Shown here one piece after another: positions 17,990-27,500 of a DNA stretch of 62,866 nucleotides. The DNA is taken from positions 1-62,866 of the IMG/VR virus record IMGVR_UViG_3300047586_000083, one strand, 5' to 3'. Made by a program: the position numbers and the translations under genes. The notes under the pieces were generated by a model. That model was not told the origin of the DNA. It made no database searches and worked only from the letters and a program-made list of their open reading frames with translations. Source of the DNA: a virus. Each line of letters starts with the position of its first letter. Position 1 is the stretch's first letter.

Positions 17990-19035
17990 TGCCACTGATT
18001 TGCTATGAACCCAAGGACTTCTCAGCCGACAAATTGGCGTTGATTGCCCGCGCCAATCTCATCATCCAGGAGTACAACGCGCAAGGTTTCAACCTTACGC
18101 TGCGCCAGTTGTACTACCAGTTTGTGGCCCGCGACCTTCTGCCGGCCGCATGGGCAGATCGGGCCGGCATTTTGAACCGGCCCGAATCCTACGGCAAGCT
18201 GGGTGATCTAATCTCGGATGCCCGGATGGCCGGGCTTGTGGATTGGTACGCCATCGTTGATCGCAGCCGGGCCAGCTACGCCAATCGGCATTGGGATAGG
18301 CCCTCTAAGGTCATCGAAGCGGCGCTGGCCACGTACGCAACGGATAAATGGGCGCTGCAGCCCCATTACGTTGAGGTGTGGGTGGAGAAAGAGGCGTTGG
18401 AGGATGTCCTAGGCCGGGCCTGCGGGCCGCTGGATGTTAGGTACTTCGCCTGTAAAGGATACACCAGCCAGAGCGCCATGTGGGAAGCCTCTCAACGCCT
18501 AGTCCAAAAGATGGACGAAGGCAAGACGGTCCACATCATCCACCTAGGTGACCACGATCCTTCGGGCATCGACATGTCGCGCGACATCTTTGCCCGTCTC
18601 AGTACCTTCACCTACAGCCGGGTCCACGTTCAACGGATAGCCTTGAACATGGCCCAGGTGGAACGCTACGGCCCACCACCCAACCCGGCCAAGACCACTG
18701 ACAGCCGGTTCGCCGATTACCAGGCGAAGTATGGTGATGAAAGCTGGGAACTAGACGCCCTGGAACCCTCGGTGCTTGTGGACCTTATTACACGGGCCAT
18801 CCTCCAATTCCGCGATGAAGCCCTATGGCAGGAAGCTACTGCCAAGGAAGAGAAGGGCCGCAGCACCATCCAGTACATTCTCCAGTACTTCCCTGATGTG
18901 GTGGCCTTCCTAAGAGAGCGCCGCCAGCGGGATGATTCCCGCGTCATCTGTTCAGGATGCGGCGCAACGGAGAACAACCCGCGTTGCCTGTGTGACGTGG
19001 GCGGGCGCGGCATAGCCTTGGAAGGTGCGAAATGA
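17989..19035 (+). CDS. Spo11/Topoisomerase VI-A-like protein (5Y-CAP + Toprim; 'Topo mini-A'-type)
   Basis: 'LTLRQLYYQFV' (CAP Tyr), 'VWVEKEALEDVL' (Toprim Glu), 'ACKGYTSQSA', 'HLGDHDPSGIDM' (DxD), in the same order as in Top6A/Spo11. Confidence 0.65.
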   Translation: MPLICYEPKDFSADKLALIARANLIIQEYNAQGFNLTLRQLYYQFVARDLLPAAWADRAGILNRPESYGKLGDLISDARMAGLVDWYAIVDRSRASYANRHWDRPSKVIEAALATYATDKWALQPHYVEVWVEKEALEDVLGRACGPLDVRYFACKGYTSQSAMWEASQRLVQKMDEGKTVHIIHLGDHDPSGIDMSRDIFARLSTFTYSRVHVQRIALNMAQVERYGPPPNPAKTTDSRFADYQAKYGDESWELDALEPSVLVDLITRAILQFRDEALWQEATAKEEKGRSTIQYILQYFPDVVAFLRERRQRDDSRVICSGCGATENNPRCLCDVGGRGIALEGAK

Positions 19036-19247
19036 CCAAAGACAAAGTGGAAGTGGGCGGGCGCTATATCGCCAAGGTAAGCGGACGCCTGGTGGTGGTA
19101 AAGATCCTAGGGGAAAGGTCCTTGACCCGAGGATGGACGGCGCTCAATTGCGCTACGGGCCGGCATATATGTATTCGGAGCGCCCAACGGTTGCGCCGGG
19201 CTATATCGGAAGTGGATGAGCAGCGCTGGCTTCGAGCAGGTCTTTAG
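19032..19247 (+). CDS. Hypothetical protein
   Basis: 71 aa, ATGA overlap with the previous gene. Confidence 0.45.
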   Translation: MTKDKVEVGGRYIAKVSGRLVVVKILGERSLTRGWTALNCATGRHICIRSAQRLRRAISEVDEQRWLRAGL

Positions 19248-19257
19248 TAAATGGAAC

Positions 19258-19307
19258 GGGCCGGGCGTCCGCCAACGCCCGGCCCACCGCGCGGGAGGTT
19301 CGCGCGG
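19258..19307 (+). terminator. Two tandem GC-rich hairpins (no U tract)
   Basis: gggccgggcg/cgcccggccc (19258-19267/19276-19285), then ccgcgcg/cgcgcgg (19287-19293/19301-19307). Confidence 0.4.
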
Positions 19308-19344
19308 CCCCAGCTACCCAACACACCTAGTATAATAGAAGCGC

Positions 19345-19818
19345 ATGGCAAAGGGAAGCGAGAAACGGCTGGTGTGGGACCCGCTTAGAAAAGAATTGAA
19401 CATTCTTCGTTGGCACTACCAACGCCTAGAGGACAAACTCACCGTAGGGATACCGGATGTAAATATCCATGTGCCCGGTCAAGGCGACATATGGGTGGAG
19501 ATGAAATACATCCAGCATGCTGCGCGGCAGCCCCAGGATGCGGTTGAGATTGGCCTGAGCAGGGAGCAGTACATCTGGATGATGGAAGGCCAGAAGGCCG
19601 GGCGTGTCTGTTACCTTCTTGCCCGGATCGGGATAACAGGTTGGTACTTGTGGGATGACGCGCTGGGATGGGTGTTGGCGAAGAAACCTGCGCCATGGCG
19701 GGCGCTCTCGCGCACTGCTGTGTGGCAAGCTACGCCTGCGGCTGTACTGGGATACTTAGCCTCACCGGGCAATCTTCCGCAATTGGGCAACCGTCCGGGT
19801 CAACGCAGATTCCTCTAG
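19345..19818 (+). CDS. VRR-NUC / PD-(D/E)XK nuclease
   Basis: 'GIPDVNIHVPGQGDIWVEMKY...LSREQYIWM...GRVCYLLAR' fits the D...E-x-K core and the VRR-NUC layout. Confidence 0.65.
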   Translation: MAKGSEKRLVWDPLRKELNILRWHYQRLEDKLTVGIPDVNIHVPGQGDIWVEMKYIQHAARQPQDAVEIGLSREQYIWMMEGQKAGRVCYLLARIGITGWYLWDDALGWVLAKKPAPWRALSRTAVWQATPAAVLGYLASPGNLPQLGNRPGQRRFL

Positions 19819-20317
19819 CCCGGCATTGAGCCAAACGTGCCGCGCAACTCTGTGGGTGGAAGGCCCGTTCAACCTCTGCCTTGGACATAGATTGAGGTTG
19901 GATGGATTTGATCTTGACCAAGGCATCCACGATAACGGACGGTATGGGGATGCCAACACGAGAGCAATTCTTGATTATGGATACTACTTCCAAGGTGATG
20001 AAATAGGCACTCAGCCATCGCTCGATGTGCAACCCCAGGCCCATAGTCAATTCTGCCTTATACAGCATAAACACCAGAGCAATGATCATGCACTTCTTGA
20101 TACCGCCGCGCGTCCCTACTGAACTGTCCACCTTCTTCTGAAAAAAGGCAGCAGCAAGCCCTGTCGCGAAATCGGCTATGACAAAGCCGGTCAGCAAAAG
20201 AATAGCGTCAGGTATAGTCATCCACCACCCCAAGAGCGCCGTCAGCGTCCATTTCCCTGCATGTAGCAGGTAGGTCTTGAGAAGAGTTAGATCCATTTTG
20301 TTCATCTCCGCCAACAT
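19730..20317 (-). CDS. Holin (Phage_holin_4_1-like) with a Cys-rich C-terminal extension
   Basis: Multi-TM; 'FVIADFATGLAAAFFQKKVDSSVGTRGGIKKCMII'. Tail 'SCAARLAQCRARGICVDPDGCPIAEDCP'. Last gene of the minus arm. Confidence 0.7.
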   Translation of the reverse strand: MLAEMNKMDLTLLKTYLLHAGKWTLTALLGWWMTIPDAILLLTGFVIADFATGLAAAFFQKKVDSSVGTRGGIKKCMIIALVFMLYKAELTMGLGLHIERWLSAYFITLEVVSIIKNCSRVGIPIPSVIVDALVKIKSIQPQSMSKAEVERAFHPQSCAARLAQCRARGICVDPDGCPIAEDCPVRLSIPVQPQA

Positions 20318-20348
20318 CTCCCGTATTGTACTATACTTACTAGGACGC

Positions 20349-23300
20349 CTAAAAGATGTCCGCCTTGGTCGCGTTTTTGGGCAAAGGAAGCGGCCAAGAG
20401 AACAAATTCAGTTGGTCGAAAGCCCAGAACGTAGTTGGGGCCAGGCCCTTACTCTTGCTGGTGAGATACTCCAAAGTCCAATTACATCCCCCATTAAACC
20501 ATGGGATCAGGACCCGGTAATCAGCCTTGCTCCAGCTGTTTGGCGCCGTCATAGGGAACAGCATTGACTCGATTGACTTGGTGAGATTATGGTAGGTGGC
20601 ACCCCATGATAATGCCTCCATCTTGATACGGTCCAACCCACTGCCAGCCTTGGTCTGATAAGCGGCGGGCCAATTGACGCGGGCGTTGATCCGCCCGCCC
20701 TGGGGCCAGGGCATGTCCAAACTAGAGTACATCTGCCCGCCGTTGACATCATCCGCAAATAGCAGTTCAAACTTCGCTCCGCTGTAGGTGGCTTTTACAA
20801 AAGCCATGATGGTATCTATATGCGCCTTCAGCCGGGCCGCCAGGAAGTCTGTATCAGTGGAATGGCTGGCGAAGTCCGCATCATCCTGAGTATTGAAGAC
20901 ATGGAGCGCCCGGCCTAGGGATGTTACGGCAGCAGCCTTGGTATCATCATCATAGTATCCCATGGACTTCCCACGGGCCGTAGGAATGCGGACGGCATCC
21001 GGCGCGGCAACGAACGCGCCGTTGCCCACGCTTCCTTCCAACTCGAATGTACTGCCAGTCCGGTTGGCCACCTTCCAAGTGCCGTTGGCTGCGAGGTTCC
21101 CTCTCACGCCCGCCACCAGGATGTACTCCCCATCCAGGAAGGTGTGACCCGGCGCGGTGACTACAATTGGCGCGGCATTGCTGACCCCAGTGATGGTATA
21201 GACCTTCTCAGGAAAGAACCACCACAGAAACTCTCCCAACTGAAGCCAAGGAGTAAGGCCGGCAGCATCCATCATGGTGGCAAGTTCCTTGAAGGCTTGC
21301 TTCTGATAATCCACAACATCGCTAGAGAAAGTACAATGCGTGGTCTTCAACTTTCGGACGGATAGCCCGCCCGTTGTATAGTCATCACTCCCAACGGACC
21401 CAAAAAGAGAGAAACTATCAGCATCAATTACCGTTATGAACCAATCTCCGTTGGCAGCGGTGTTTCCCTCCACGCCCGCGATAGTGATTGGATCACCACT
21501 CCTATAGCCATGACCTTCAGCAGTGATCACAATTGGACTGGCGTTGGTGGCATCCGTAATGGCTGCCTGAGCCTCTGTACCAAATCCGGTATCCGTCAGC
21601 ACCCCAATGCCTGAATCGTACCGCGCAGCCCACACCTGACCGCCTGCTGGGTCATCTGGTGGGTTCAGCAGTTCCATCGAGACGGCTGTCACAACTTCAC
21701 GGCCACGCGCCGCTACCTCAGCATAGAAGTTCGCATGCCATTCGCGGGCCGCTTTGTTGATTACCGGAGTTGCGCCCGCGTCAATCTCCCACACCCCCTC
21801 AGAGCCAGGATCAAGGTTGCCCGTTTCAGTAATGGTCCCGCTGGTGCTGCTCTTGGTGGCGCTGCTGGTGAAAAAGAAGATAGCTGTGCGAGGGTGAACC
21901 CGAAGGGTATCCAACCCGGCGCCAACCACCTCAGCCCATACGCCCGGAAATTGCCCGTTGATACGATCTGCCAATGAACGGGCCAGGACCTTACGCGCCA
22001 CCGTGGCATCCGCCGCATCCACATCGAGCGCCCGGAGGGTCTTGGGAATGTTGATCCCAGAAACAGCAGCCGTTACGCTGTCACCAACTGCCCAAGTCCC
22101 GCCAAATTGAACGTCACACTGCCGGTTAGTCCCGCTGACTCGGTGCCTCTGATTCCACCAGAACACCGACAGATACTCATTCATCGGCCCTTTCAATCCC
22201 AACCTATCGAACATCCAAAGCAAACGGGCTGGTGGCAACGAGTATCCATGATTGGTACCATAGTCAATGGCTGCTGAAGCATCCGTGTATTCTTCCTCTG
22301 GGTCCTGAACGTCATCCTCCACGGCAGCCTCTAAGTAATCGAAATAGCAGATATAACCCGAGGATGCCGCAGCCTTCTCATGCTTCACTCTCAACTCAAC
22401 CGTATGCCACCCGGCTGCAAAGGTATTGCTTGCGCCCGCCGTCAACCCCACCTGACGGCGCGACACAACAGCCGGTTCCGCAAACAGATAAGTGTCCAAG
22501 TCATCGTATGCCGTCTCATCCACGGTAACTGCCAGCACCCCACGGTCAGTATACAGCGCCGTGCCCAGGAACAACTTGTGCGTGTATTGGCTGTGGTATC
22601 GGACGGTTATGGTATCATTCAGGATGGATGATCCTTGCGCGAACCCTTTCAGGTAGAAACCAACCTCTTGCGTCCAACCAGTACCAGTGCGGACGGCCCG
22701 CGCATCCCGCGACCCAACGCGCACCGTCTTCTTGGGGTTGGCGATAGATAGCGCCCGATGACTGGATGGATCAGATACACTCCAGTTGGTACAATCCAGA
22801 ACAAACTCTGTGTCGGCATAGGCTTCACTATTCGCCATCTTAGGCGCCAAGGTCAACCAGGCCTGCCGCAGTTGGTCTATCCCAAGATCAGTAAAGTCAA
22901 TGGTGATACGCCATGTAACGTCTGAGGACCCGCCTGCTAGTTGCTTGTTCTCTTGGTAGTAAGCGCCGAAGGCAGTGGCACCTGAAGTGGTGAGGTTACT
23001 GTTCTTGGAACGTACCTGAACGTCAATCATGTTGCCGTCCATCCCACCGCGTTCCGCAAGGTATCGGACGGCGCTTTGCGTTCCGGCGCTGGCGGTAAGT
23101 ACCAACTCAGTGGCACTGGTAACGCTGCTGATAGTGTATTGGACTCCGGCAATGAAGATGGGGGTGCCGGCTGCTATGGCCGTGAACTTCTGCCCGCTTA
23201 CCCAACTGACCGCCGTGCCCGAGGTATCCACCGTACCATAGCGCCCGGCCCGGATGCGGATGTCAGTGCCCGAGGGATTGTCAGCGATAATTGCCATGGC

Positions 23301-24578
23301 CGGGCCTTCATAGGGCCAGTCATACTGATTGATCTGGTTGATGATGGTCTGAACGGAAGATCCTGCCCCAAGATTGAAGATATGAACTGTGGCATTGTAG
23401 TCAGTCACATCTTCAATTATGATCTCCGTCCCATCTGTGCCGCGCCCGGTAAAGAAGCAATTGTTACTTTTGTCCAGCGTACCGCCGCTGGTATAAGTGC
23501 CGTTGCCTGAACTACCATCCAAGCTGAAACGGTAGTCGTCAACCTTGGTGATGATCCATGCACCGTTGGCTGCTGTGTTACCGCCCACCGCTGAGATGGC
23601 AACGCTGTTCCCGGTAGCTAGGTAATGCGGGTTGGTCATCGTAATGACGATTGGCCCGGCATTGGACGCGCCCACAATCGGGTTCCCACGGGCTGCTGTA
23701 CCTTGGGCCCAAGGATCGGCCGCAATCGACGCAGCCACGCCCGCCGCTACCTCTCGCCCACTCTCTCCACCGCCCTCGGTGTAGGTGTACTGCCGGCGCA
23801 ATCCTACTTTACCACCGCTGGTGTAGGTCCCGTTGCCAGCACTGGAGGAAAGGGTGAAGTTGTAATCATCAATCCGAGTAATGAACCACGCGCCGTTGGC
23901 AGCCGTATTCCCCAGCACTCCATCCACCGTTACGATCTCATAGCTATTCAGCCCATGCGCTTCGGCGGTGGTAATCTGAATTGGCGTAGTATTAGTGGCA
24001 GCAGTGATGGTCCGGTTCAACCCAGTGACTCGAATGGTATGAGACCCGTTGTTGGAATAGTAAATGTATTGGGCAGTTGTAGTCCCCATCACCGAGTCAA
24101 ATGGAATATCCAAATAATAGAAGGTCAACTGATCGTAAGGATTCAGCGCCGCGCCCGCCGTCACGGTCCAAGTAGCTGCAGCGGGCGCAAAGGACCCGGC
24201 CTGTAGCGCGGCATGGTCCAACAGCTTTACCGTACCGCTGGTACCATCCTTCTTGATGTAGCTGAGCGAGTCCCAGGCAATCCACGGGTTCTTGGGAGAG
24301 TCAATGGGCTGAAGCTGATCGTTGTAATCCAAATCGAAGGTCAGCACCATGTTAGTGAAATCAAAGTCCGGCAACCATTTCATGTTCAAATGGTTGAAGA
24401 AGTCATCCGCATCCCAAAGCACCATCACCGCGAAGTCCGCAAAATCACGGAACACGCCCGACACCTTCCACCCTGACGCGCCCGCGCTGTGGAAGGCTGC
24501 GGCCGCGCCGCGCCTATCGAACCCACGCAGGTACATTGTGCGATCTGGTTGCAGCTTGTATATGGTTTCCGTTGCCAT
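20349..24578 (-). CDS. Tail fibre/spike protein (1409 aa) with four ~65-aa GNTAANG domains
   Basis: Start set to ATG 24578 (MATETIYKL), 2 nt after the upstream stop. Repeats at 23805-24005, 23475-23675, 21360-21560 and 20994-21194. Confidence 0.7.
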   Translation of the reverse strand: MATETIYKLQPDRTMYLRGFDRRGAAAAFHSAGASGWKVSGVFRDFADFAVMVLWDADDFFNHLNMKWLPDFDFTNMVLTFDLDYNDQLQPIDSPKNPWIAWDSLSYIKKDGTSGTVKLLDHAALQAGSFAPAAATWTVTAGAALNPYDQLTFYYLDIPFDSVMGTTTAQYIYYSNNGSHTIRVTGLNRTITAATNTTPIQITTAEAHGLNSYEIVTVDGVLGNTAANGAWFITRIDDYNFTLSSSAGNGTYTSGGKVGLRRQYTYTEGGGESGREVAAGVAASIAADPWAQGTAARGNPIVGASNAGPIVITMTNPHYLATGNSVAISAVGGNTAANGAWIITKVDDYRFSLDGSSGNGTYTSGGTLDKSNNCFFTGRGTDGTEIIIEDVTDYNATVHIFNLGAGSSVQTIINQINQYDWPYEGPAMAIIADNPSGTDIRIRAGRYGTVDTSGTAVSWVSGQKFTAIAAGTPIFIAGVQYTISSVTSATELVLTASAGTQSAVRYLAERGGMDGNMIDVQVRSKNSNLTTSGATAFGAYYQENKQLAGGSSDVTWRITIDFTDLGIDQLRQAWLTLAPKMANSEAYADTEFVLDCTNWSVSDPSSHRALSIANPKKTVRVGSRDARAVRTGTGWTQEVGFYLKGFAQGSSILNDTITVRYHSQYTHKLFLGTALYTDRGVLAVTVDETAYDDLDTYLFAEPAVVSRRQVGLTAGASNTFAAGWHTVELRVKHEKAAASSGYICYFDYLEAAVEDDVQDPEEEYTDASAAIDYGTNHGYSLPPARLLWMFDRLGLKGPMNEYLSVFWWNQRHRVSGTNRQCDVQFGGTWAVGDSVTAAVSGINIPKTLRALDVDAADATVARKVLARSLADRINGQFPGVWAEVVGAGLDTLRVHPRTAIFFFTSSATKSSTSGTITETGNLDPGSEGVWEIDAGATPVINKAAREWHANFYAEVAARGREVVTAVSMELLNPPDDPAGGQVWAARYDSGIGVLTDTGFGTEAQAAITDATNASPIVITAEGHGYRSGDPITIAGVEGNTAANGDWFITVIDADSFSLFGSVGSDDYTTGGLSVRKLKTTHCTFSSDVVDYQKQAFKELATMMDAAGLTPWLQLGEFLWWFFPEKVYTITGVSNAAPIVVTAPGHTFLDGEYILVAGVRGNLAANGTWKVANRTGSTFELEGSVGNGAFVAAPDAVRIPTARGKSMGYYDDDTKAAAVTSLGRALHVFNTQDDADFASHSTDTDFLAARLKAHIDTIMAFVKATYSGAKFELLFADDVNGGQMYSSLDMPWPQGGRINARVNWPAAYQTKAGSGLDRIKMEALSWGATYHNLTKSIESMLFPMTAPNSWSKADYRVLIPWFNGGCNWTLEYLTSKSKGLAPTTFWAFDQLNLFSWPLPLPKNATKADIF

Positions 24579-24582
24579 GGCG

Positions 24583-27500
24583 TTAGTTGCTGTAGATGGA
24601 TACGGCCAAATCTTCACCGGGCGTTGTTGTGCCAACAGCGGTAATGTCCACACGGACGTTATCACCAGCCAGAATAGAAGGCAAAGCGTTGATCTCTGCA
24701 TCAGTAGCCTCTGCGAATGTCTCGCCTGCCAGAATCGTAAGGACCAGCCACAACGTGGTGTCCAAATAGATCCCAACCATAATGTCAGCCCCAACGGGCG
24801 CTTGCTTGACTTCGATGTGTACGGCAGTGGCTTTGAAATCTCCATTGGGCCGGGTGATAGGTCCTAGATCCGAACCAATAGCAAGAGCGCCGTTGATGGT
24901 AATATGAATTGCAGATAACCCTATTGCCCCCCCTGATTCATTCCCGAACATGTAGATCATACGCCAAGGACATACGGAACGAAAGGCTTCATTGCCACCG
25001 CCATCCTGGGTGAAGGATTGAACAAAAAGAATATGACCTAAATAGTTTGGCACATCCATGGTGAATGTGACTGGGGTAGTTTCTTCTGAGTTATTGATAC
25101 TGTCAGATTTGACTTCAAACTCCCAGTTTGGCTTGTTGATCACAAACACTGATGACTCATCAGGGGTAACTTGCCATTCACCATCGATGTAAATTCTGTC
25201 ATGGGTGTTATCCTTAATCTTGTACCACATGCCTGCGCCCGTTCCAAAAATGCAGTATAACTCATTCCCCTTTTCCTCATGTGGGTTCATTCCAGTATAT
25301 TGACGCTGGACATTCCCGCCACCAGTATATGTTCCGTTCCCAGCAGTGGCAACTGTGAGTTCTGGGTCATCATACAACTCAAAAGTATTGGCGTCAATCT
25401 GATTCACATAATGAACTCCGTTGGCAGCAGTATTACCAACTACACCTTGAATGTAGACTTTATGCCGGTCAAGGAGTCCATGATTGTCGAGTGTATCAAC
25501 TACGATAGGTGTGGCGTTGGTAGCTCCTGATATAAGATGGCCTTCACCCAATGACCCAAGAGCATTGTTCCAGTTGGAATCTTGAATATAATGTCCGGTG
25601 GCATCAGTTCCTATTGTTGGCCGCATTGTCACGACAACCACATCATACATCATTAATCCGGTGGTGCCATCACCTCGGTCAACCAATGTGGTATCACTTC
25701 CGGCAGCCAATGTGAATGTGTCGCCTGTATTACTTTCAATAGCCCACATGGCAACCGGCAAAGGTTGATATGACCCAAAAGTCTCAGTAAAGATTTCATA
25801 AAGCAGCCCAGTCTCAGTATCCTGATCAGTTGGACCAACAACAGTCATATGAGTTGAATCTGCTACCGCCAAGATGGAAGTATTCCAACCTACTATATTA
25901 CCACCCTTAATGGCGGATATGTATATGTCCTTTCCAACCATGCCACTGTTCCAACTTGTCCCGGTGCCAACAATGTCACTTGACAATGGAATAGGTTCAC
26001 TCGTACCATCCCAATTGTTAGTTGTAGCTACTGTACCGGCAGTAGTAACTACGGTGCGAATCAATTGACCGTTGGGAATTCCATTGCTCTTCAGGCCTAG
26101 CAACATGATGTAGTAAGGATGGCCATCAACAGGGGCAAATTGATTAGTGGTAAATTGATTATCAGAGTACACACCAACCTTAATGGTATCAGCAGTTGAC
26201 TCGGCCACTGCTGTTCCAAAGATACCGGCATGATTACAACGTTTCCCACGAATTCCAGCAACATTGAACTCAACATCAGGGATGCCCCAGGATCGTTCAT
26301 TGTAACTGGTCAAGGTGACACTAGCTGGATTTGTTGGTGGAGTAATTGATACTGAAGCCTGATATGTCATTCTGGTGCGCGATGTACCAGCAAATACATA
26401 TCCCATGATGGCAGTCTTAGGCCAATTGATTATTGGAACAGTCATTGTGTTTGTATCGGTTCCAGCTGGAACGTCCACGACACAAGGTGCACTTGGGTCT
26501 GATGGGGCAGTGAATAAATCTTCTGCTGTTACAGCGCAAACCTGCATATAATAAGTCCGCCCACCCTTGATGGTTCCGCCCGTACTAGCTGTTGTTCCCT
26601 GAACGTTAATCATTGGTGGATAAATTCCAGATTTGGCAAGCACATTTATAGGCAATTTACCAGTTGCCTTGACTTGTGCAAGTGCTTGGTTACCAGCAGA
26701 TTGATCATACTCTTGGGAAATACCAGCTTGCCAATCAGTCAGGTCCAACACAGCATGACCTGTAATAGGTTGAGTGTTGTAAGGCGCCCAGGGAAATGAC
26801 GGGCGCGTGAGTGCATTACGATATTGCGGATTGGAACGTTGGAACCCATTCTGTTCGTATGAGTCAACATACCAATCATCAACATCATACTGAACGGTGA
26901 TCTGAGCAGTCTGAAAGTTAGTGGTTGGCTTGATAGCTGTAACGCGGGCCAGGAAGCCAGTCAACGGGTTGGAGGCACCGTCCAACAGATCGGCATCAAT
27001 TCCCAATTGGGTATAATCAAACAATACAATATGTCCGACACGCAAATGGGCACAGCGGAAAGAGGTGTTAAAAGTCAGACTATAGGTTCCGCCTGTATCG
27101 CCACGCTGGTTGCCTCGGAAGTTTTTGGCAATCCAAACAGAAGCAACCCGTTTAGCCTGATCGAAGTTAGGAATGCCAATGACTGGGATATTGCCATCTA
27201 CAGATTGGTCTACCCGTACTATGTCAACTGAATCCACAAGACTGAGTGAGTCTGTTTGAAATTGGTTGTCCTCGTCATAGAACTGGAAAGCGATCTGGTT
27301 AGGAGAGTCCTTGATATCGAGTTGATCAATTGCCAATGAAGATTCCCCACCACTATTGCCTGGTAGGATGCTACTATAGTCAAACTTCCATGCTACATAT
27401 CCATTGGCCACCGTCCCATTAGCCAATTTAGATTGGATTGCTACATTGTAGTTGGACCCAGGAACAACGGAAGGTTGTTGGCCGGCAAGAGTCTGGTCAG

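Noticed and set aside
24579-24845. N-terminal 89 codons of the 1498-aa track ORF (MEISKPL...)
   Set aside because: This part overlaps the 3' end of the upstream 1646-aa gene. Its Trp/Leu/Arg-rich sequence is unlike the rest of the protein. ATG 24578 lies 2 nt after the upstream stop codon (TAA 24583-24585).
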